This document shows, one piece after another, positions 52,601 to 63,158 of a stretch of 64,000 bases of DNA. How positions within the stretch are numbered: the stretch's first letter is position 1; each line of letters opens with the position of its first letter. This DNA comes from Pelagomonas calceolata. Lineage: Eukaryota. The stretch covers positions 1,612,001 to 1,676,000 of the forward strand of contig CAKKNE010000002.1 of NCBI GenBank assembly GCA_918797485.1. Reading direction: 5' to 3'. Position numbers and translations under genes: made by a program. Below the pieces are notes generated by a model. That model ran no database searches. It was not told where the DNA came from and saw nothing but the letters and a program-made list of their open reading frames with translations.

Positions 52601-55384
52601 TGAAGCGAGGGACGCGGACCGCGGCGTATTGACATCATCATCTTGATCCGCGCCGTCGCCGTGGCGCGCTACTGATGCGAGGGCTCTTACCAAGGAACGG
52701 TCCACGCCCAGGCGCTTCCTCGAAGCGGGCGCCGTCGTGAGTAAGACGACGGCCCTTACAGAAGCGGCGAGATTGCCAGAAGACCAGGCTTCATTGTCAG
52801 GCAGGAAGGACGCGCAGGCCACGACGAGGGCTCCTAATACGCTTTCGAGGAAGCCCGCTTCCGTACATCGCTGGAGCGCGGCTCTTTGCCTAAGTGATTG
52901 GTCGCACAGCGCGACGCCGAGCAAGACGGACCCCGCTCTCAGGGCGAGGCCCGGCCCCGCTTCACTAAGAGACGCCGCGTCCTTCGCTAGTAACGCGGCG
53001 ACGGGCATCGGGCGCTCATCCAAAGAATCGAGTCTTGACTCGTCGACCTCGCGGCCGCGGACGAGCGCATATAAAGCGGCGACGGCCAGCGACCGTATGT
53101 GGACGAATCGGGCCATGTCTCCGGCGTCTGCCGTGCGCTCGCGCGCGAAGGCCCTCCCTGCTTCATCCGCGAGGCGCTCCAGGCCGCCCGCTTCAAGTAG
53201 AGCTCGGCCCTCGGTCCGCGCGAGCAAAGCTAGTGCGGCCAACGCGACGGCGTCGTCAACGTCCGGGCAGCGAATACAATCGAGCAACAGGTGCGCCGCG
53301 CCCGCCCTCGCGGCGGCGCGTCGATGTTCTTTCCGCCGCAGCAGCGCCCAGAGGGCGCGGCAGCCATGGCCGCGCACCTTGCCGCTCCGCTCCGACGTGC
53401 ACAATGCGACCGCGGCCTCGACGTCGCACTTGCGCCACCCTTCAGTGTGTAGTATGTTGTTGTCGTGTGGGTCCGGACTGTTGGCTCTCCCGTCGTAGTT
53501 GTCCCGCGCTGCGCATCGAGCCACGAAGGACGCGAGGTGCTGTGCCGTGCGCCGCAACGCGGCCTCCGCCTCCGCGTCGTCCCCGGCGTACCGGATGCGG
53601 TCCTCCGCCGTTCTTATGGATGCTAAGGCCCTTATGCAAGTATTGTGTTCCTCGCGCGCCCAATTTAGTTCTGCGGAAGGCGCGGAACATCCAAACTCGC
53701 TCGCTTCGGACCGTCCAAATTCGCTCAAACATGCCGCAGCCGTCTCCATGACGTGCCACGCCGGCCCTCCGACCAAACTGGTCCGCTCTTCGTCGTCGAT
53801 CGGGCGCGTGACCACGCACGCCGCCGACCCGCGGGGCCGCGCTGCCTCAACGAGCGCCAGGCACAGCGCCGGCACTTCATGCTCGAAGACTTTGCATTTG
53901 CATTTGAAACACCAGGGCCCCAGCACGGCGAGCGTGCCAAGAGCGGCACCGGCGGCAGACACGCCGGCGGCCGCCTCCCCTGGAGGGATGGCCTCGACGG
54001 GCGCCGGTGCCGGCGCCGGTGCGCAAGCGCAGTCCTCAAAGGCCGGCGCCGGCGCCCAGGCGTCCGGTTCCGCTTCATCGTCCACGAGGTGCGCCTTGGC
54101 CCGTGCCGCGACGGCGAGGCACACGTGCAACACCTTGTCGGCGTTTCCACTGTGCAGAACCGGGCCCCACTCGGTCGGATCTCCGTCGACCGCCGCGCGG
54201 GCCGCGCTCCAGAGGGCGACGGTCGCGTGCGCCAGGAGCCGCGGCGAATCACTAAGTCCTTGGGACCGCTGCGCCAGCGCCAGCCGCGCGCGTGTCGACG
54301 CGACCGCCGCTTCGTCATCCAGGAGCCGCACAGCGTCGGACCGCGTCGCCACCGCCTTGAGTAGTTGGTCGCACAGGTCGGCGAGCGGGCGTATCAAGGA
54401 CGCGGCATCCGCGGGCAGGATCGACGCCTGCTCGTCCCGCAAGACACAACTCGCGGCCTGGCAGATCGCGGCCGCCAGCTCCGTCGAAGGTGATTTGAGG
54501 AAGGGCCCCAGACTTTGCAAACGATGTTGGTCCGCGAACGCCGCGCGCGCGGCCGGCACATTTGATAGCCACCCGCAGAGGGCGTTCGCCGCTATTTTGG
54601 AAGTGGCTTCCTTCGCTATTAATTGAAGGAGGCAGGGCACTGGATCAAAATCTCGCGGCGCGTTTCCGGGCGATTCGAGGCAGCACGCGAGCGCAGAAGC
54701 ATGTTCAACACCCTTGTCGCGGCAGACCGCGTCCACCAAACGCTGGCCCCAGAGCAAGGACGCCATGCGCCTATCTAAATGCGCCGCGAGGCGCCAGACG
54801 ACCCTCGCCGAGGCCTCGTCCAAAGGCACAGACTGTAAACACTCACTTAGAGCTCGACAAGCGTTCTCGTCAAAACCCCGCAAATTTGCAGAAGTCGACG
54901 CCAACATTTCAAGATCTTCCAAAGCCGTGCGGCGGCCGTCTTCCCCGTATTTTTCTGATCTAGCAGTAGAAGCCGCTTTCAGCACCCGAAAGTCGACCTC
55001 CTCGTCGCGCCTAGCACCACAGCCGTCGACCCACTCCCTCCAGCAGTCCTCCCACTCAACTAACCTTTTCATGCGCACCCGCTCGGTGGGGTGGCCCAGA
55101 TGGCGTTTTTTCTTACCAGCAGGTGGCTTCGGACAAACGTCCACCACAACTTGTTTCGTGTACCCAAACTGCGCCGCCGCCGTCCTTCTCACGAGGTTGA
55201 GCGACCCCGTGAGTGGGAGGAGCTCATTTAGTTCCTCGCCCGTCTTTTGATCGACGATTTTTATCGGTAGGCCCTTGCCGTCGAGCACTTCAAAACCGGT
55301 CGTCGCGACGTCGCGCGTGGCCGTGACGTTTCGCACCAGAAAGCCGGCCTTCCTCCACTTCGACTGCTTGGCTGCTCCCCTCAT
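49655..55384 (-). CDS. Large armadillo-like helical repeat protein
   Basis: About 1900-aa ORF with ARM-like motifs (CRALWAL, ALLNLS). Confidence 0.7.
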   Translation of the reverse strand: MRGAAKQSKWRKAGFLVRNVTATRDVATTGFEVLDGKGLPIKIVDQKTGEELNELLPLTGSLNLVRRTAAAQFGYTKQVVVDVCPKPPAGKKKRHLGHPTERVRMKRLVEWEDCWREWVDGCGARRDEEVDFRVLKAASTARSEKYGEDGRRTALEDLEMLASTSANLRGFDENACRALSECLQSVPLDEASARVVWRLAAHLDRRMASLLWGQRLVDAVCRDKGVEHASALACCLESPGNAPRDFDPVPCLLQLIAKEATSKIAANALCGWLSNVPAARAAFADQHRLQSLGPFLKSPSTELAAAICQAASCVLRDEQASILPADAASLIRPLADLCDQLLKAVATRSDAVRLLDDEAAVASTRARLALAQRSQGLSDSPRLLAHATVALWSAARAAVDGDPTEWGPVLHSGNADKVLHVCLAVAARAKAHLVDDEAEPDAWAPAPAFEDCACAPAPAPAPVEAIPPGEAAAGVSAAGAALGTLAVLGPWCFKCKCKVFEHEVPALCLALVEAARPRGSAACVVTRPIDDEERTSLVGGPAWHVMETAAACLSEFGRSEASEFGCSAPSAELNWAREEHNTCIRALASIRTAEDRIRYAGDDAEAEAALRRTAQHLASFVARCAARDNYDGRANSPDPHDNNILHTEGWRKCDVEAAVALCTSERSGKVRGHGCRALWALLRRKEHRRAAARAGAAHLLLDCIRCPDVDDAVALAALALLARTEGRALLEAGGLERLADEAGRAFARERTADAGDMARFVHIRSLAVAALYALVRGREVDESRLDSLDERPMPVAALLAKDAASLSEAGPGLALRAGSVLLGVALCDQSLRQRAALQRCTEAGFLESVLGALVVACASFLPDNEAWSSGNLAASVRAVVLLTTAPASRKRLGVDRSLVRALASVARHGDGADQDDDVNTPRSASLASLSAKIRSITADAFRALLNLSAEPCARPALCDAAVPLLLKAAAYVDGLGDFARAVLANLMCDGASRAALYHYQLAEASKGVIEQRKTIKRRRPPKEIKSRADLYPVAPPLVPPAVNTLLRGSALNLWQADGTELKKLNATHKSTLLLGGADGSRWKPPVSRFCGVDTTLPEAEPEPVEAPAPAPAPQEEPEATPEARKSPSKAGILAKLLTRPDDAEVREKLARGHQTVEAGPSSPPEPSSSPDASWVVLASTDTSEKEFFHFASDGRRRTLDRAPPKLVKWKRVAGARVSEGLFDSVGNDNGEGCYFYHAPQVACVASAPDALLQLPHPLLEVAMQGPRLARAPPINLPPVILAKKAPRPSPMDSMIPVLPLTLVTSQLGDACEEDEEDDWRVEQSLYAQRQFQTDFNTFDDSEEVSRNVLAADWDSIKTNTALVELLEKCEKDGAKNDEKKHKSRMKLAKQRALAVEEYKLELEKQKVAISGLEDIEVEGVVQTQLPDELQQEVEVGETPKPPSGLDVVLESVHDSLKKDFRVIARVFDHYCACQNFLKIRSKRASRGSMDTLQSSAMDTLDSSLQSLDSPTVASLESTVMSPLNSPSASVVGFFSAPESANYVDPSNLFGLHEPHFRVFLREIGLKLPGRKARKTFERAAEGPTLTRATFLHALVRLALRASKKRPHQAISKLMGRVSKTPAAADDDHRAKLFYARDTERAFGAHVKELQRLFVVYSASDDDATRVIAHVNGRLPLQKWLDLMSDGDVLQTTYMELTPQVLHLAFFRARPLSLVPEQALAFVDFLEALSRVAAACAELPGACDFSDPLKIEDVLETQRAEKRREAAEQARAAILAEQEAAKPKKKGKKAGSSVKTALGVDLAALRDAPSVDVPEEVDVPVSDAALRKVHAAKLDWLLRHVIARVALKRNGVLLGGGKPLSLIPKYLSKAQLSDPRSTRTSLDFPLWCAEQDVAAQEPDGDGAVEETEDM

Positions 55385-55866
55385 GGTCTCCCTGTAGCTT
55401 ACGGTCCTGGTTCTGCGACGCCCGGCGGTGGGCGGAGGTGTAGTTTCCACTTTCCACGAGTGGGGTTGTGGCCTCCGGGCAGCCCGGCGGCCGCTCCTCG
55501 CGGTGCCGCTCGGCCGGCGCTGCCAAGCTCTCTGAGCAGCAAAGGCTAGTGCCTCTGCTAGGCGAGTGTGACGCGAGGCCCCGCGAGGGCGTCGCGCGCG
55601 AGGCGTGCCTGGGGCCACACGCCTGGAGCGGTCCTCCGCCCCGCCTGTCTTCAAATGGTCTTGTGTGAAACCCCCAAGCTCTCCCAGCGCTCGGTGTTTG
55701 CGCGCCGCGCCCACGCCCCAGCGGTGGTGACGGGCGCTTCCGGCGAGGCAGCAGCACGCCGTGACACCGCAGCAAGCGCACCACCGCAGAGAGACAAGGG
55801 CAGCACGCCGTAAGAGGCAGCCCCCTCTACAGACAGCAAGCGCCCGGCCGCCGCCGCAGCGTAAGG

Positions 55867-58800
55867 ATGCCCTCCATCCAGGCCGTACTAAAACGTAGAG
55901 ACACGATCCAGCCGCCGCCCTTCCTTAAGAGCAAGCTAAAGAAGCTCGGCCCGCGCGCAACCACCATCGCTTTACAACCCCTCGATCTGGTCAAGAGGCG
56001 AGCCTTGGACGAGGATGAAGGGACACGAGCGTTCAGCAAGAAGCCAGTACCTCCCACGAGCCAGTTCGCACCGTTACAACGAAGACATTCCTTCCACACT
56101 TTGACAGACGAAGAACCGACGCTCCTCCACGACCTAAGGTCATATTTTGACCCCCAGTATCGACTGTACTTGGTGAAGAAACAACTGCTGAGCTTAGTAC
56201 GCGACGACGACGTCAGTGTCGAGGAGATGTTCGACCTCGTGGATGAAGATTTTTCCGGTGTTTTAGAACGAGATGAGTTGTGTAAAATGATACACATGTT
56301 ACAAATTAAGGTGAAGGAGGTCGAGATTGATACATTAATGGACATCCTGGATGAAGACGGCTCTGGAGGAGTGGACATCGACGAGTTCCAGGATTGGTTG
56401 TTCGCGACCGAAGATCAGTGGCTCGAAAGAAGACGTACTAGGGACGACGATGAATTTAATGATCAAAGGTTATTACAGCGGGATATTTTGAGGTTCGATG
56501 CGGACATACGAGGCATGCTCGGCGCCCTGTGGGACCTGGTCGATGCCGATGACTCGGGACAGGTCGACGTCGACGAATACGTGACGCTGTCTGTGAATTT
56601 ACAACGGGCGGTCACGGACGACTTTGATTTAGATGAGGCAAAAAAGATAGCTAAAAGAGAATTCGAGTTCGACGCCCAAGGCCACGAGACGATGGACAGG
56701 ACGCTGTTCTTTTGGTCGTTCTTTCAACTAGCGGACGCCTGGCGCGACGGGCCCGCCATCAACTCTGGGTCGTACTGTTATTTTATGGACTTTCTCTCGG
56801 ATCGATGCACGTCCATCGAAGTTGTTGAGGGTAAGCCTACGTTAGTGTGGAAGTGGAGCAGCGACCCGGAGTGGTACAGTAAGATCGAGCCGATGCGGCT
56901 CGTGGAGAAGAGGCGTAATGCAAGGCGCAAGAAGGGCCTGCCGCCGGAACCGATACCTTCTTCTCCTCTCAGGGAGATGGCCCTGTACAATCGCCAGCAA
57001 CAATATCCTGACGCGGTCGAGGCCTGTGTGGAAATCAAACTTCAGACGCCCCACGCCATCGACGCGACGTTGTCCCCGTAACTGCGTCTGCTCGATGGCG
57101 TGGAGGTTCACGAAGGTCTCTTGCAATCCTCAGGGTAACCTAGCTCACTGGTTGATTTCCACACAGGTCGAGGCCCCGGCGCCCAGCAAGAAACTGACCC
57201 TGAAGGAGGCCGCCAAGGCCGCTAAAAATGCAGTGAAAGCTCGAAAGAACCAGCAACGGCGCAAGGCGAGACGGTCCTGGGACCTCGAGCAGGAGGAAAA
57301 AGCACGACTGCAAGCTAGAAACGACGCCGACGCGAGTTATCTGGAGGCCGAGCGGCTGCGGCTCGAGATGGAGGCGGCTCGTTCCGAAGCTTTACGGGCC
57401 AAACAAGAGAAGCAGCGCGAGGCCCTTCGATCGAAAGCCGAGGCCAAAGCCCTTAGAGAGCTCGAGAAACGGGAAGCGGCGGCGAAGCGCGAAGCTGCGC
57501 GCCTGGAGAAGCTCGGCGAGAAGCAGAAGGCCGCTGACTTGAGGGAACAAGCTCGGAGAGAGGCGCAGCAGGAGCAGGCCCGTCTTAAAAGAGAGGCCGC
57601 GGCGGCGCGCGAATTCTCCCTGAAAAAGAAACTGGAGGACAAACTACGAGCGAAGGCCGCGTCCGCGGACCGGAAACGAAGACTCATGGAGGGCAAGGTC
57701 GAGGAGGCCGAACGTAGAAGATTGATGGACATCGAGCAAAAAGCGGCAGCTGCTAAAGCTCGCCGCCGTTCTTGTATAGGTGCGCCGGCGCCCGCTCCCT
57801 TTGTGGAGGACGATGAGTATGACTACCGGAAGATGCTCGGTTCTATTGCTAGAGAGTCGTACGACGACTTCAGCTACGCGTCGACGCAGCCGTCACCACC
57901 TGTGTGGAAATCAACCAGTGCGTCGGGCGCACCCGACAATTCTTCACTAAGTCATTTCTCGGTGATGGGGCGGCCGTGCTGGCTCGGTCGAGCGGTGGGG
58001 GGCTGGCATCGCCACGCCGTCGAGCAGGCGTCGCGCCGATGGCGTGGAGGACGATGCGACGATTCAGCGCGAACGCGCCGTAAATTTTGATTTTCACACA
58101 GGTCACCACCCAAAGATCGTAAGAAGAAGAGCTTCGCGTCGCCCCCGAAGGATGCGACGGAGTCCGAGGCCCCGCTGCCCGACTGGGACGCGGCGTCCTA
58201 CGCCGCAAGCCATAGGAGCGACGGGCCGCCGTCGGCGCGAAGCTTCGCGCGGTCGTTTCGCAGCGACGGCTCCGAAGTTAAGCAGCAGGATCCCGATTTT
58301 GATGAGAGGAGCGTCTCAAAATCGTATCGGTCGGACGGCACGGAGATTAAGGAGGGAGATGAAGACTACGACGACCCGAGTGCGGTGGCATCGGTAAGAT
58401 CTTACAGGGCGGACGGCACCGAACTCCGACCGGGCGACGCGGACTGGGACGACCTCTCGCACGTTTCTTTTGCTCGCTCCGTCACTTCTGTGGATGAGCT
58501 CTCGGTGCAGTCGTACCGGTCGGACGGCTCGCCGCTCAAGGTGCCGAGCCCCGGCAAATCCGATGCGCTCATCAAGGACTTCTTGTCGAGCCCCAGCAAA
58601 TCCGACATCTCGTCTCATAAAGCGCAGTACCAGGAGGCGGCGAGCCCCGTCCAGTCCGACCTGTCCTCACCAGCAAAAGATGATCTCAGCTATAGATCGG
58701 ACGGCTCGCTCATCAAGCCTACGGACCCCGACTCCGCGACGGACGGGCTCCGGTACCGCGAGGACGGTTCTCAGAAACTTCCTGAGGATGACGATTATAA

Positions 58801-60910
58801 CATTCCACCATCGTATCGAAGCGACCGCACTCTCATAAAAAGAGGTGATCCCGACTATATCGCTGGTACCTTCGACCGACGTAAGAGATTGGCGGAGCAG
58901 GCGGCCGAAGAGCTGAGGATCAAAGAACAAGAGGCTCTACAGAGGAGGGAGGAGCGGGAACAGGCGGCCGCGGCCCGTAGATTGGCAAGAGCCGCCGAGG
59001 CGGACCAACGTAGGATACAGAGAGAGGCCGCAGCTTTAGCTAGAAAGCAGCAGCGCGAGGCCGAGGCCGCGAAGAAGATCGAAGCAGCTAGACTGAAGGG
59101 CGACCTCAAGGCCATCGACCGCATCTCCGAAGCGTTATCACTTAAAAACCGCAGGGAGGCCGAGGAGCTCGCTCGCGTCAATAAGAGCGAATTGGCGGCG
59201 CTCGAACGGGCGAATCAAGTATCGAGGCAGAAGCTCCGGGCTCAGCAGCTCGAGGACGAGCAAAAGTTGAGAGCAGAAGCGGCGGAGCTGCGGCGGCAGT
59301 TGCGGGAGGCCGCGGCGATCGAGGAGATCCATGAAAGTTGGGTTGTGGGTGACGAGATGAGAGCGGAGTCCATCGCCGAGGGTCTCGTGAAGGCTAATAG
59401 AGCTTCACTGATGGGGTTAGAAAGAGCTGAAGCGGACGCGGCCGCGGATCTGGCGAGGAGAGATAGAGCGTCGCTCGAGGCGTTTTCCGAGGCGTCCGGG
59501 CGAACCTATAGGACTGATGGGTCTTTAATACGAGAGACGGACCCCGACTTTCTGACGGACGGCAAGGCCTACCGCGCCGATGGCACCGTAAAACATCCTG
59601 GAGATGCGGACTACGTCACGCTCCCGAACTTTAGGAGTGACGGTACGGAAGTGAGGCGGGGCGACCCGGACTACTACTCTGGCGGGCGGCGGGCGGGCCC
59701 TCTGTCGCCGGTAAGTTACGACAGTATGTCGTCGCCCGCCAAGTCCCCGCAGCGAAGTGACGGCTCGTACGTCAAGCCCGGTGATAGTGACTACGACGAG
59801 TGGTCCTTCGTCTCGAAACTCACGAACCCCGAGGAGGCCTCGTTCACGACTGCTTCTTGCGTCGGGGGCGGGCCCGTCGGCGCGGAAGACATGGTCTCGT
59901 ATCGTTCTGGAGACACGAAGACTCTAGAGTATGTGCCGTCGTCGCCTGGTGACCATTCGTCTGTCACGCCGTTTCCACGTGAAAAGACGCCGCAGGACCT
60001 CGCAAATGAAGCCCACGACGGCGACTTCGACCATTTGACCCATGAGTCGAGCCTCTCGCCCCTCGATAGACAAGGACCGAGGGACGCCGGCTGGTTCCCG
60101 CCCGGGGGCCACGGCTCGTACATCGCGCGCGGCCTCGTGCTGAACCACTCCCCCCAATACTTCAAGGAGAAGATGGCACAGAGGAAGCCGCCGACGCCGC
60201 CCGAGAAGCACACGGACTTTGGTTTAAGGTATTGCTACCCTCCCAGTAACAGTGTGGAAGTTTCGGACGGGGTCTGTTGTTCTCCTAGAAAACCTTCGGA
60301 GGACTACTTCGTGCTGGATCCCGGTAAACAGTCTACTTTCGAGCTCCCGGCGCCGCCGGTGACCAAGGAACAACCGCGGTGTCCGATCTGGAGCTTTGGA
60401 GATACGCCTTGGTTCTCGAAAGTTTTAGATGAACAGACCATGGCCCTCACGGACGGTGCGCTAGATGTGGGTGGTGCCCGAGCCATGCGTTTGATCTCGA
60501 AGCAGCGCCTGGCGCGCAAATTAGGGGCGCCGCAAAGAAGGCGGAACAAAAGACGTCATTTCGGCATCAAGCCGCCGCGGTGGGGTCCCGGCGACGACGA
60601 GCCCTTCGTGCCCGGCGGCGTGGCTATCAGGGACAAGCGGGACGCGCGCTATACTCGCTTGTTCTCGGGCGAGCCGCCGCCGCTCGAGGAGCCGTCGCCG
60701 CGCGAGTCGCTCGAGCGTCTTTCTTCCTTCATCGAGACATTCCGCCGTGAAGACGAGCCGAACGACGTCTGGGCCAAAATTAGCAAGGGCGGCGTCAAGC
60801 CCATGACTATTAGTCGGAGACGGTCCCTCGACTCCATCGGCGTCGGGCGGACGGTGCCGCGGGGCCAGGAACCGGACGAGCCGCGGCTCATTATGCGAGG
60901 AATGCGGTGA
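55867..60910 (+). CDS. EF-hand / coiled-coil protein with YRSDG repeats; join(55867..57015,57167..57891,58102..60910)
   Basis: EF-hand loops DEDFSGVLERDE, DEDGSGGVDIDE, DADDSGQVDVDE; removing two introner introns joins three ORFs in frame. Confidence 0.8.
57016..57166 (+). mobile_element. Introner with family A termini and a different interior; element 57024-57166
   Basis: TIR ctgtgtggaaatcaa/ttgatttccacacag; TSD gtcgaggc at 57016-57023 and 57167-57174. Confidence 0.9.
57892..58101 (+). mobile_element. Introner family A; element 57900-58101
   Basis: TSD gtcaccac at 57892-57899 and 58102-58109; homologous to 104-306. Confidence 0.9.
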
Positions 60911-61256
60911 ATAATTACTGTTTTAGAACCTATCCACCACCATCGAGCGCTCAGCGCTATGAGTGGCCCGAATGTACTAGTACTAGAAGTGTTACCTCCG
61001 AGTCACAAGTGGAAGACGAGCGGCCCGTGCCCATGGATCTCGCGCGCCCGACCTTTCCCCACCTTCCGGGCGATCATTTCTGCGAGCGCGCCATCTGCCG
61101 CCATCATGGAGCCGGCCCCCTGTGGTCGATTACCTGGACGTCGCCGCCCCGCGGCCAGCCGTTTCCCCCGTTCGTAGCGTCGAACAATAAAGGTCAGGTT
61201 CTTCCGGTCGAGGTACTGTGCCCTGAAAAGCATGGCTGCGAGATCGATGCTCTTGA

Positions 61257-61655
61257 CCCGTAAGTGACCGGGCGACGACTCGTAGGGCTGATGGATCGAC
61301 GATCATAGCTGCCAACAACTACGCGAATACCCTGATCCATCTAGAGCGCATCGAAGAATCCAAGGCACTGCTGCGCAGAACGGTGCCCGTGGCGCGACGT
61401 GTTCTCGGAGAGGATGATAGAATCACGCTCACGATGAGCTGGATTTACGGAGAGGCGCTCTACGAGGACTCCGCCGCCACGCTCGACGATCTCCGCGAGG
61501 CCGTGACGACGTTCGAGGACTTGGAACGGATTGCGCGGCGCGTGCTCGGTGGCGCGCACCCGACCACGTTGGGGATTGAACATAACCTACGAAAGTCGCG
61601 AGCCGCGCTCGCCGCCCGCAAGACGCCGTCGCCGCCTCCGGCGAGGAGCGTGTAA
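61257..61655 (+). CDS. TPR-like helical repeat fragment (ARRVLGxxHP type); 5' end unresolved, possibly a pseudogene
   Basis: AANNYA..L...ARRVLGEDD...DLREAVTTFEDLERIARRVLGGAHPTT. Confidence 0.55.
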   Translation, partial: PVSDRATTRRADGSTIIAANNYANTLIHLERIEESKALLRRTVPVARRVLGEDDRITLTMSWIYGEALYEDSAATLDDLREAVTTFEDLERIARRVLGGAHPTTLGIEHNLRKSRAALAARKTPSPPPARSV

Positions 61656-61692
61656 TGGTAGCAATATAGCGACTAAACCACAACACCAGAAG

Positions 61693-62625
61693 TTACTCGT
61701 CCTCCCCCTCGGGAAACGCGAGCTCGACGCCGACGATCGGGTAGCGCGCCGCCGAGCAGTTCAGCGTGACGCGCGCGATCGCCGCATTCTTCAATTTCTT
61801 CTTTGAGAGGTGCGCCAGCGTCTCGTCCCTCGCCTTCGCCTCGGAAGACGCGAAGTTGTCAAAAACGGTCCTGAAGAATAAGGAATGGCCGACGACAATA
61901 ATGTCGTCATCCTCCGACGTCCGCAAGCGGTCCACAAAAGCCTGCATGCGGTCCGTCACCGCTCTAGGCCCCTCGGGGCCCCACCAGTCCGCCTCGGCCT
62001 CGGTCACGTCGACTTTTACTGTTCCTCTGCTGATGGACTTGAGTTGCGTTTTTGGAGCGACCTTCTTCGCGCGGCGCACGGCCCGCCTCAAAATCTCCGA
62101 TCCTGTTGTTCCTCTTATAGAGTCAAAACCGCCAACAGGATAGCAGAGTTCTCGACAAGCCGGCACGAGCGTCACTCCTTTCCCTGACGCCCTCAAACAA
62201 GGATGATCTCGCAGCGCCACGAGGCACGTCTGCAGCGCCCTCGTCAAGGGTGAACAGTAGATCATGGTGCAGCGCTCGAACGCGCGCCGCTCGTCCTTCC
62301 ACTGCGGTGTCTTCGCGATGCGCCTCGCGAGCCGGTCGGCCTGCTCCAGGCCTTCGGCCGTGAGGGCGTGGTCGAACTTGCCGAACATTTTCACGGGATT
62401 GCGATTCGCCTGCGCCTCGTTCCACTGGCTCTCGCCGTGCCGCAGGAAGTACACCGTCTTCAGCTCTTCTCGGGCCCTTGTCGCGACGAAGGTCCTATCG
62501 GGAAGAAGCTTGAGGGGCGCGTTCTTCTTCCGTTTGGCTTCGTTGATCAAGGTCGCGGCCGCCAAGAGGAGGGTGAGTTTTTTCAGCGCGGCGTTGAGGA
62601 GGTGCTGCGGCACGCGCGGCACCAT
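61693..62625 (-). CDS. Histidine phosphatase / phosphoglycerate mutase family protein
   Basis: VYFLRHGES, SPLTRALQT, IIVVGHS. Confidence 0.88.
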   Translation of the reverse strand: MVPRVPQHLLNAALKKLTLLLAAATLINEAKRKKNAPLKLLPDRTFVATRAREELKTVYFLRHGESQWNEAQANRNPVKMFGKFDHALTAEGLEQADRLARRIAKTPQWKDERRAFERCTMIYCSPLTRALQTCLVALRDHPCLRASGKGVTLVPACRELCYPVGGFDSIRGTTGSEILRRAVRRAKKVAPKTQLKSISRGTVKVDVTEAEADWWGPEGPRAVTDRMQAFVDRLRTSEDDDIIVVGHSLFFRTVFDNFASSEAKARDETLAHLSKKKLKNAAIARVTLNCSAARYPIVGVELAFPEGEDE

Positions 62626-62898
62626 GGTGATCAATGCCGTGCGGTGCTTGCTCTGTTGAATGGGTGCCGTGCAGCTTTGCTGTTGAATGGGTGCAGTGCG
62701 GCTTGTAGACTGCAGCTGCTGCAGGTTGCAGCCGAGTGCAGCTTGCTGTAAGGTGCAGCTTTGCTGTGAGGTGCTACCCGAGTGTAGTCGATGCAAACGC
62801 GTTATACGTGCACGACGATAGGTGCTTGGGACAAATGGCGTGCCTTGTCGGCGACAGCGCCAAAAGAGCGCGGTTTTACGCGAGTGCCAAAGCGCTTG

Positions 62899-62920
62899 CT
62901 AGCGGCAGTAAGACACTAGC
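62899..62920 (+). promoter_or_regulatory. Promoter-proximal CTAG motif (copy 10)
   Basis: ctagcggcagtaagacactagc upstream of the PGAM gene. Confidence 0.6.
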
Positions 62921-63158
62921 AAAAAATAGCCAGTGGCCAGTTCCACATCCTGACGGGGGTCGTCCCAAAAGAAGGGGGGGCGTGCGAGTCCCTGTGACTC
63001 AGCCCTTGCGTCCTAGTCCAGCCGGACGGGTGGGCCCGGGGGGAGCGGGAGGGGTACGGGGAACCCTGCGACGTAACTAGCCTCAGCCTCAGCCTCAAAA
63101 ATACGCGTCGACGCCATCGAGATGCGGAAGATCTACGTGCAACAAGATTAGGCGTGTG

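Noticed and set aside
62650..62770. Short CAG-rich tandem duplication upstream of the PGAM gene
   Set aside because: Low-complexity 5' region with no evidence of function
62955..63080. G-rich stretch ending in CTAG as a Helitron 3' end
   Set aside because: The hairpin is weak, and no 5' end or second copy was found
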